Virus record (IMG/VR): IMGVR_UViG_3300011583_000001
Coordinates: 1 to 35,182 of that record
DNA: 35,182 bases
From: a virus
Direction: 5' to 3' (one strand)
Below, piece after piece: positions 18,326-24,509 of this stretch. Made by a program: the position numbers and the translations under genes. Numbering within the stretch: the stretch's first letter is position 1; each line of letters opens with the position of its first letter. The notes under the pieces are model-generated. The model made no database searches. It was not told where the DNA came from and saw only the letters and a list, made by a program, of their open reading frames with translations.

Positions 18326-19036
18326 CTATTTCAATCTATAATTATTGTTCATTCCCTTTATCTCCATTACATACCCTTTGCACATTTCATATATTCTACT
18401 TCCAACAGCTTCATCTCGTCTTAACAATTCGCCTACTGGATGCTCTGTGCTTATAACCATTGGTAGCCTATGAAGATATCTAAAATTTATCAATTCAAAC
18501 ATTATGTTAATATCACTTTCTGTTGTCTTGCCTTTGTACAAATCATCTATTAGCAGCACTTCTGCTTTTTGGTATTTATTTAGAGTCTTTTTATAATAAT
18601 CTTCATCAAGCATATTTTGTTTTAATGATGTAATTACATCTCGATAAGGCATATATACAACCCCTATAGACTTATCTTTTAATAGTTTATTAGCTAGAGC
18701 TAGGCTTAAATGAGTTTTCCCACACCCTGGATTACCACAAAGCATTATACTATTATTTCTATCAGCTCTTAATTTTTCAAATCTCATAAAATAATTTAGG
18801 GCCATTTCTTTCATAGTGTTAATGTCTTTATTCCATGTTTCAAAGTTTTTAAAAGTCTTATCTATATCATTTACACTAATACCACTAGACTCCCAAATAC
18901 GTTGTACTTTAGCCATTTCTCTGCATTTACAAGGCTTGTATATGTCATGTCCTCTATCATCTTTAGTTAAAATAAAGCCAGTGTCATCACATTTATTACA
19001 ATAAGCCTTCGGCTTCTGCTCTTGCTCTTTCTTCAT
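18326..19036 (-). CDS. DnaC/IstB-like helicase-loader ATPase with an N-terminal zinc finger
   Basis: Walker A GNPGCGKTH, Walker B LLIDDL, and CNKCDDTGF. I chose the ATG at 19036, which lies 7 nt after GGAGGA. Confidence 0.75.
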   Translation of the reverse strand: MKKEQEQKPKAYCNKCDDTGFILTKDDRGHDIYKPCKCREMAKVQRIWESSGISVNDIDKTFKNFETWNKDINTMKEMALNYFMRFEKLRADRNNSIMLCGNPGCGKTHLSLALANKLLKDKSIGVVYMPYRDVITSLKQNMLDEDYYKKTLNKYQKAEVLLIDDLYKGKTTESDINIMFELINFRYLHRLPMVISTEHPVGELLRRDEAVGSRIYEMCKGYVMEIKGMNNNYRLK

Positions 19037-19784
19037 CTGTGAGTCCTCCGAACCCTGTCTTAACATTGTATTGATTCTTGTCATTACATTGTTTATCCCC
19101 TCGAACTCCGTTACCATAACTATTACCTTCCTTTTTCAATGGAAATACACCTCTCCAACTATTTACAATTGATTGCTCTAATATTTTAACTTTTTCATCT
19201 TCTGTATGTGCTAACTTATCTAAATCCTTCAAAGTTAATTCTAAAGCTCTAGTTGTTAAAACTGCTTTAATTGCTTTTCTCATTTTAATGAAATCATATA
19301 ATGTATTTTTTAATTTTTCATTTTGGGTATACTTAGTTATTAATAAATCATACTCAATAACTTTTTCTTTTTTTATTTTATTTTTTTTATTATTAAGTGT
19401 ATTATTAATATCTTGTATATTCTCTTTGACTTTTTCGTCAATAGGGGTATTGACATTTTCGTCATGACCCCATGACTTTTTTGTCATGACCCCATGATTT
19501 TCAATCCATATATTCCGTTGTTCAATTTCTTTTGTGCCATCTTTATATTTAAATTCAATATCTACATATCCATTACTAGCTAAATGGCTTATCCAACGAC
19601 TAACTGTTTCTTTACTTACTCCATATAGTTCAGAGAAATATTGATTACTTGCCCAACAGTACCCTTTTTTATTTGCTAATGCTGTTATCTCACCATAAAT
19701 CAATTTTTCATTAGCTTTTAAATTTTTATCGTATCTCACATTTGCTGGGATTACTGCAAAATATGACTGATTAATATCTTCCAC
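18996..19784 (-). CDS. DnaD-like replisome organiser / phage replication initiator (N-terminal wHTH)
   Basis: FAVIPANVRYDKNLKANEKLIYGEITALANKKGYCWASNQYFSELYGVSKETVSRWI, followed by the loader gene. Confidence 0.6.
   Translation of the reverse strand: MEDINQSYFAVIPANVRYDKNLKANEKLIYGEITALANKKGYCWASNQYFSELYGVSKETVSRWISHLASNGYVDIEFKYKDGTKEIEQRNIWIENHGVMTKKSWGHDENVNTPIDEKVKENIQDINNTLNNKKNKIKKEKVIEYDLLITKYTQNEKLKNTLYDFIKMRKAIKAVLTTRALELTLKDLDKLAHTEDEKVKILEQSIVNSWRGVFPLKKEGNSYGNGVRGDKQCNDKNQYNVKTGFGGLTDEERARAEAEGLL
19461..19497. repeat. Direct repeat GTCATGACCCCATGA x2 (22-bp period) inside the organiser gene
   Basis: Copies at 19461-19475 and 19483-19497 are identical. Each starts with the palindrome GTCATGAC. 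Confidence 0.8.
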
Positions 19785-19788
19785 GCTC

Positions 19789-20103
19789 TCACCCCTTTAT
19801 TGCTTGCAGAAATAACTCTCTAGGATCTTGTCCTGTTTCTTCATAAATTTCTTTTGCTGCTTCATTTAAAGCTTCACTTGCATTTATCCCATTGAAATAT
19901 TTATTAACTGCTAATGTTAATGTCTTATCTAATAAATCCTTGCTATCCATCTTATTTTCTAAGTCAATCACCTTCCTAGAATAATTCCTAAAATCAAATT
20001 GATTTTCTTTATATTTTGTTGCTATTACAGTACATCTAGTAAAATCTAAGAGTTTCTTACTGTCATTAATAAACTCTGATAATCCATTATTATTACTTTT
20101 CAT
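19789..20103 (-). CDS. Hypothetical protein
   Basis: 104-aa ORF, translationally coupled (TAATG) to the upstream gene. Confidence 0.55.
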   Translation of the reverse strand: MKSNNNGLSEFINDSKKLLDFTRCTVIATKYKENQFDFRNYSRKVIDLENKMDSKDLLDKTLTLAVNKYFNGINASEALNEAAKEIYEETGQDPRELFLQAIKG

Positions 20104-20360
20104 TATTTTAAAACTAATTTCATTGGAATATAATTTATTTTATTTGCTGGATCATTAATTCTATTTTTAAAATCCTTGTTTCCCTTGTCTATTTTTTCAT
20201 CTAGTTTATTTATGTCATAGCCTATAGCCTGTACATTTTCATTATTTTCTTTCCTTGTGGCTCTTATTTCCCTTGTAGCACCTTCAATTTTATTTTTAAG
20301 GGTTATATATCCCATTATATTTAAAGTTGCTATTAAGCCTAAAATAATAGTATTTATCAT
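20103..20360 (-). CDS. Hypothetical protein with an N-terminal transmembrane helix
   Basis: MINTIILGLIATLNIMGYITL, followed by a charged helical region. Confidence 0.5.
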   Translation of the reverse strand: MINTIILGLIATLNIMGYITLKNKIEGATREIRATRKENNENVQAIGYDINKLDEKIDKGNKDFKNRINDPANKINYIPMKLVLK

Positions 20361-20363
20361 TAT

Positions 20364-20612
20364 TCATCTACTTCCTTTCTTTTTTGCTCTATATAGATTT
20401 TCTTGCTTATGAAATGCGTAGGCTGACATGAACTCATTATTATTACATTTTAGTATTTTTTCTAATTTTATTAATTTTGAATTAGATGGTATCCTGTCAG
20501 AGCATTCATATTTTCTTTGAGTTGTTTCTTTAACTCCTAACCTATTTGCAACTTCTTCACAGGTTAAACCTGCCTTTAATCTTAAAGTTCTAAAAGTTAT
20601 TTCCATAATCAA
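20364..20612 (-). CDS. Cro-like XRE-family HTH regulator
   Basis: LRLKAGLTCEEVANRLGVKETTQRKYE. It is the first gene of the early leftward operon and is divergent from the cI-like gene. Confidence 0.65.
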   Translation of the reverse strand: MIMEITFRTLRLKAGLTCEEVANRLGVKETTQRKYECSDRIPSNSKLIKLEKILKCNNNEFMSAYAFHKQENLYRAKKKGSR

Positions 20613-20629
20613 CCTCCCTTAAATTAATA

Positions 20630-20649
20630 ATATCACACTAGCGTGATAT
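20630..20649. promoter_or_regulatory. Operator-like inverted repeat ATATCAC-N6-GTGATAT
   Basis: Lies in the divergent cI/cro-like intergenic region. Confidence 0.5.
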
Positions 20650-20663
20650 GTCAACAATAATTT

Positions 20664-20678
20664 GTGATAAAAAATCAC
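20664..20678. promoter_or_regulatory. Operator-like inverted repeat GTGAT-aaaaa-ATCAC
   Basis: Uses the same half-site family as the two neighbouring sites. Confidence 0.45.
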
Positions 20679-20745
20679 TTAAATTTTACAATTAAGATAG
20701 ACTTATTTTAATATTTTTTATTATAAAACATATGTTCCGTTTTAA

Positions 20746-20765
20746 TTATCACACATGTGTGATAA
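20746..20765. promoter_or_regulatory. Operator-like perfect 20-bp palindrome TTATCACACATGTGTGATAA
   Basis: A perfect palindrome 27 nt upstream of the cI-like start. Confidence 0.55.
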
Positions 20766-20791
20766 AATTTAATTAATTTACAGGTGATTTT

Positions 20792-21160
20792 ATGGAGGAT
20801 ATTATGAAAGGATCTATTTTGAAAAAACTACGTAAGGATGCAGGGCTTACACAAAATGAATTAGGTGAAAAGCTTAAGTTAAGTCCTAGTACAATAAGAA
20901 TGATTGAGCTTGACGAACGCAAAGGTAATAGCCAAACACTTGCTAAAATTGCTAAATTTTTTAATGTTAGTGAGGATTATCTAGAAGGTAGAGAGTTGGA
21001 TGAAGAGGATTTGAAACTTAAGAATTTTCTTGAATTGTTGGTTAAAGAAAATATAATTACAGATACAAATAATATACCTGAAAATATTCAAACTATAATT
21101 ATGTATAATATTAAACAAGAATTAGACCGTATAATGAAAGAGACCTCAGAGGATAATTAA
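20792..21160 (+). CDS. cI-like XRE-family HTH repressor (no peptidase domain)
   Basis: LKKLRKDAGLTQNELGEKLKLSPSTIRMIE. One of the few plus-strand genes, and divergent from the cro-like gene. Confidence 0.65.
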   Translation: MEDIMKGSILKKLRKDAGLTQNELGEKLKLSPSTIRMIELDERKGNSQTLAKIAKFFNVSEDYLEGRELDEEDLKLKNFLELLVKENIITDTNNIPENIQTIIMYNIKQELDRIMKETSEDN

Positions 21161-21186
21161 CTCTGAGGTTTCTTTATTTTTTCTTT
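21143..21186 (+). terminator. Rho-independent terminator of the cI-like gene
   Basis: acctcagag/ctctgaggt 9-bp stem followed by ttctttatttttt. Confidence 0.7.
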
Positions 21187-21279
21187 TATATTTTCTTTTA
21201 TTTCGTTAAAATTTTCTTCTGTTAAAAGGCTTATGTTGTCTATTCCTTTAAGTTTAGTGATAAATTTATCTATATCCAT
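21157..21279 (-). CDS. 40-codon ORF with its own promoter, converging on the cI-like gene (AimX-like position)
   Basis: GAGGTG 5 nt before the ATG. Translation: MDIDKFITKLKGIDNISLLTEENFNEIKENIKEKIKKPQS. Whether it is translated or acts as an RNA is unknown. Confidence 0.4.
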   Translation of the reverse strand: MDIDKFITKLKGIDNISLLTEENFNEIKENIKEKIKKPQS

Positions 21280-21310
21280 CCCGTCACCTCTAACTATATA
21301 TTCTAGTTAT

Positions 21311-21339
21311 ATTATAGTATTTTAGGATAACTATTACAA
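21311..21339 (-). promoter_or_regulatory. Sigma-A-type promoter TTGTAA-17-TATAAT
   Basis: -35 at 21334-39 and -10 at 21311-16 on the minus strand. The inverted repeat TAACTA-N7-TAGTTA (21291-21309) lies just downstream. Confidence 0.55.
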
Positions 21340-21340
21340 T

Positions 21341-21381
21341 AAAAAAAATACGTTAATTCTTGTCGAATAACGTATTTTTGT
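21341..21381. terminator. Bidirectional rho-independent terminator
   Basis: aatacgtta/taacgtatt 9-bp stem flanked by an A8 tract and a T5-containing tract. Confidence 0.65.
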
Positions 21382-21395
21382 ATTTATTTTATCTT

Positions 21396-21566
21396 TTATA
21401 GTGGTGGTAATGTGCCCGGATCTGTGCTTAAATTTATTATTCTTAATGGTGGCAATGTACCTGGGTCTTTTCCAGCATAGTTTTTCAAATTAGATGTATT
21501 GCTAGATAATACAAGTGTTAAAGCTAATACTAACCCTAAGAATAATCCTGCTCTTTTTTTATTCAT
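21396..21566 (-). CDS. Secreted signalling pro-peptide (56 aa) carrying DPGTLPPL twice
   Basis: AAGGAG 8 nt before the ATG. Translation: MNKKRAGLFLGLVLALTLVLSSNTSNLKNYAGKDPGTLPPLRIINLSTDPGTLPPL. It starts 33 nt downstream of the receptor gene on the same strand. Confidence 0.7.
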   Translation of the reverse strand: MNKKRAGLFLGLVLALTLVLSSNTSNLKNYAGKDPGTLPPLRIINLSTDPGTLPPL

Positions 21567-21599
21567 TAAATCAACTCCTTTAACACTATTATATCACTT

Positions 21600-22844
21600 T
21601 TATACTTTTTGTGCTATTTTTATTACTTTATATAATAAATTTTTATCGTTTATGTGATTTATACATGACACAATTGTGCTATCTTGTATAAAATAATCAT
21701 ACCTATTTTTTAAATATACTATGAATTTAACTAAATCATCATCCATCTTATTTTCAATGCAATAATTTAAAATTTGTAAAACTAATTTGTTTTGAACTAT
21801 ATCATCATTTAAATCTTTAGCTAAGCTCATAGAAAAATTAAAACTATATTTTATACTTTCTATGTTATTTTCCTCTATGCTTAGTAAAAGCTTATTATAA
21901 TAGCAATTCAATATAAACTTCTTATTCTTACACCTACTTGTTAATTCAATTGATTTATTTATATACTTTTTAGCAAGTTCTATGTCACTCTTTAGATATA
22001 GATCTCCTATATCACTATAACTGTTTGCCATATATTCAATATTATTAATTTCACCACTTTTATTTATTATATTCTCATATATTTTTATTGCATCATCTTT
22101 ATTCCCTAACTCTCCTTTACATGTAGCTTGTAAAGAAAGAAAAAATAGCTCTGTTTCTTTATTGTTAAAAGAAATAATTGACTTTAGACAAACTTCACAA
22201 TCTTTGTATTGTTTAAGATGATAGTGAGCATTTGCAATATTTCCAAAAAAATTTTCTTTCTGTTCATTTGTAGCATTTTTGTGTACTTCGTTTGAAAATG
22301 ACTTTCCTATGCTAACCACTGCTCTATACTGATTCTGAATGAAATGTGCCCGTATTAAATAATTAAGTACCTCTATGCGGATATAATCTGTTAAGTTGTA
22401 ATTTAATAGCTTGTAACAATAATTGCATATTTCTTCATTATATTTATAAATATCTGTATTTAAGATCTCTAAAGTTTTAATTATAAATTCTATGGCTTCA
22501 TCACTATTCAAGTTAAAAATTATTTGATTTATTTCTTCAAAAATCGTATCTTCATTTTCACGTGTTTTTAATTTGTAAAGCGCATCATCTATTAATATAC
22601 TTGTCCACCCCATTAATAAATCTTCTGTTACTTCATAATCAAGTATTACGCATTTTTCTTTTATAATTTCATTTATTTTTTTGCATAATCTTTTAGCTAC
22701 TAGGTATGACATCTGTGTTTCGCCGTTTTCCAATCTTGAAACATTCTGTAAACCTTCGCATTTCAAATCCTTTTGCTTTAAACTCAGATCTGCTCGTATT
22801 TTTCTTAAAATGCTACCACTTATATGTTTATCCTCCAGACTCAT
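21600..22844 (-). CDS. RRNPP-type (AimR/PlcR-like) HTH plus TPR-like peptide receptor
   Basis: N-terminal XRE HTH and about 340 aa of repeated helix pairs. GGGAGGA ribosome-binding site. Confidence 0.7.
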   Translation of the reverse strand: MSLEDKHISGSILRKIRADLSLKQKDLKCEGLQNVSRLENGETQMSYLVAKRLCKKINEIIKEKCVILDYEVTEDLLMGWTSILIDDALYKLKTRENEDTIFEEINQIIFNLNSDEAIEFIIKTLEILNTDIYKYNEEICNYCYKLLNYNLTDYIRIEVLNYLIRAHFIQNQYRAVVSIGKSFSNEVHKNATNEQKENFFGNIANAHYHLKQYKDCEVCLKSIISFNNKETELFFLSLQATCKGELGNKDDAIKIYENIINKSGEINNIEYMANSYSDIGDLYLKSDIELAKKYINKSIELTSRCKNKKFILNCYYNKLLLSIEENNIESIKYSFNFSMSLAKDLNDDIVQNKLVLQILNYCIENKMDDDLVKFIVYLKNRYDYFIQDSTIVSCINHINDKNLLYKVIKIAQKV

Positions 22845-22869
22845 TTTATCCTCCCTTAAAAGAGAATAC

Positions 22870-22903
22870 TTTACAATACTAACATTTTATGTTATCATGC
22901 TAA
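22870..22903. promoter_or_regulatory. Overlapping divergent promoters: plus TTTACA-17-TGtTATCAT, minus TTAGCA-16-TAGTAT
   Basis: Hexamers read directly from the sequence. The two promoters occupy the same 34 bp on opposite strands. Confidence 0.45.
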
Positions 22904-22904
22904 T

Positions 22905-22977
22905 GGATGCGCAAGTATCCTCTTTGCCAGGTTAGAGTGTTAAGTTTAGCAGCTTACTCTAGCCTGGTTTTATTTTT
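22905..22977 (+). ncRNA. Candidate ~70-nt small RNA ending in an intrinsic terminator
   Basis: Extended -10 promoter upstream. 12-bp stem ccaggttagagt/actctagcctgg (1 mismatch) followed by ttttattttt. No credible ORF or ribosome-binding site. Confidence 0.4.
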
Positions 22978-22982
22978 AATAA

Positions 22983-23243
22983 TTAAAATCCACTCATTCC
23001 AGTTGTATCTAACTCTGTTTTATCTAACTCTATTTCTTTCTTTGTTTCTTCTTCATTTAAAATTTTATCAATCACTTCGTAGTTTACCTTTGGTATTTCT
23101 AAATTATTAATTTTTGCTTCGAGTAAATTTTTTATAGTGTTAGATTTGCTTCTACCACTCTCTAAGTATTCCCACATTTTATTTTCAATTGGATTATCTA
23201 GATTAAAATATAAACTTACTCTCTTTATATTTTTTTCAGACAT
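22983..23243 (-). CDS. parR: ParR-like ribbon-helix-helix centromere-binding protein
   Basis: KRVSLYFNLDNPIENKMWEYLES forms an N-terminal beta-strand plus helix. It is coupled to parM. Confidence 0.55.
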   Translation of the reverse strand: MSEKNIKRVSLYFNLDNPIENKMWEYLESGRSKSNTIKNLLEAKINNLEIPKVNYEVIDKILNEEETKKEIELDKTELDTTGMSGF

Positions 23244-23244
23244 T

Positions 23245-24093
23245 TTAGTCCCTCCATTGTGCTAGTGCTATTTTCTTATTTCCTGTTACGTTAGAAAAAA
23301 TCGGATTATCTAAAAAATTACAATTAGGCATATATTCTTTAAGTTCTTCTTTTAATTCAATGCATCCACCACCAGTTAAAAATATATCGAATGTATCTTT
23401 ATTTAGTTTTAGCTTTATAGCATTTAATATTGTTTCTACAAATAAATTTTTATCATCTTTAGTGTCTTTTATTATATCTTTTTTCATTAATCTTTCTATG
23501 TCTTCAGTGTTAAAGTTTTCTCCTGTGCTATTAACTCTAGTTTTTATACTATCATATAGATCAATTATTCCTTTATTTACTGTGAACTTCTTATCAAGTT
23601 TTTTATTTATGAAAGTACAAACATTTACTGTTCTTCCTCCAATATCTATTATTAAACAATCCTTAGTTCTACTTACATCATCTAAAGTATAATAGCTGCT
23701 AATACCTTCCCCTACAGTTGCAATTTTATTTATTTTTATCTTTCTTTCAATACCATTTACTACAAAATTAAATTCTTTATCCTCTAGATCCGCTTTGAAG
23801 TTATTAGTTATATTTAAGTTATCTAACGGCACTCCCAATACTATATTGAATTCATTATCATCTTTGGTTGAACTTTTAGCTATAGCATATAGTAAATTAG
23901 GTATATAATTCTTTTTGCTTTTATTAAATGTATTATCATATTCTCCTGTCCCCATTATAAAAGTTTCTCCATTGTATTCTAATATTTCCTCTCCTAATGG
24001 ATTGGCAGATATATCTTTTGTAAATGTAGATGGAAAACATATTCCCTCACTAGTCTTAATATTGTAATTTCCTAAATCAACTGTTAATATCAT
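23245..24093 (-). CDS. parM: ParM/Alp-type actin-like plasmid segregation ATPase
   Basis: VDLGNYNIKT (phosphate 1), IIDIGGRTVNV (phosphate 2) and FLTGGG (adenosine) motifs. Confidence 0.8.
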   Translation of the reverse strand: MILTVDLGNYNIKTSEGICFPSTFTKDISANPLGEEILEYNGETFIMGTGEYDNTFNKSKKNYIPNLLYAIAKSSTKDDNEFNIVLGVPLDNLNITNNFKADLEDKEFNFVVNGIERKIKINKIATVGEGISSYYTLDDVSRTKDCLIIDIGGRTVNVCTFINKKLDKKFTVNKGIIDLYDSIKTRVNSTGENFNTEDIERLMKKDIIKDTKDDKNLFVETILNAIKLKLNKDTFDIFLTGGGCIELKEELKEYMPNCNFLDNPIFSNVTGNKKIALAQWRD

Positions 24094-24123
24094 TTTTACT
24101 CCTCCTTAAATGAGTTATTTTAA

Positions 24124-24205
24124 TTATTTTTAACGTTATATTTATATTATATCATCATAACAAGATAAGTCAATGTTTATTTTTAACGTTATTTTTATGT
24201 TATAT
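24124..24205. repeat. parC-like pair of 29-bp direct repeats (27/29 identical) bracketing the parM promoter
   Basis: ttatttttaacgttatatttatattatat (24124-52) and ttatttttaacgttatttttatgttatat (24177-205). Confidence 0.6.
24146..24173 (-). promoter_or_regulatory. parMR promoter TTGACT-16-TATAAT
   Basis: Near-consensus hexamers. The -10 lies inside repeat 1. Confidence 0.6.
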
Positions 24206-24276
24206 AGTTGTATTTTGATGTTAAGTGTAATATAATCTATAGTATATTAATTCAATATAACTTATCTTATTTAATG

Positions 24277-24305
24277 TTGTATTGTGGAATAATATAGAAT
24301 ATAAT
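24277..24305 (+). promoter_or_regulatory. Candidate rep promoter TTGTAT-17-TATAAT
   Basis: Read directly from the sequence. It would give a leader of about 200 nt. Confidence 0.45.
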
Positions 24306-24324
24306 GAAATAAAAATGAATAGCA

Positions 24325-24416
24325 AAATCCCCTAGATTGTATCTGTTTGCCGACGTAACAATCTAGGGGAACCCAAAATATCTAAAGGATATTTATTTAT
24401 ACTATATACTTTTTAT
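24325..24416 (-). ncRNA. Candidate countertranscript antisense to the rep leader
   Basis: Minus-strand promoter TTGACT-16-TATAAT (24423-24450). 11-bp perfect stem cccctagattg/caatctagggg (24329-24369), followed on the minus strand by AUUUUG. Confidence 0.4.
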
Positions 24417-24422
24417 AGATTA

Positions 24423-24450
24423 ATTATACTATATTTAGTTACATAGTCAA
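24423..24450 (-). promoter_or_regulatory. Near-consensus promoter TTGACT-16-TATAAT pointing away from rep
   Basis: Hexamers read directly from the sequence. Confidence 0.55.
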
Positions 24451-24509
24451 TAGTAAAAAATCCTTCTTAGATATTGCGATATGCTATTACATCTAAGGAG
24501 GATTTTTAA

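Noticed and set aside
22907-23110. Plus-strand 67-aa ORF and the 10-codon ORF MDAQVSSLPG at the start of the candidate sRNA.
   Set aside because: Neither has a ribosome-binding site. The longer one runs antisense through parR and is low-complexity. The transcript is better explained as non-coding.
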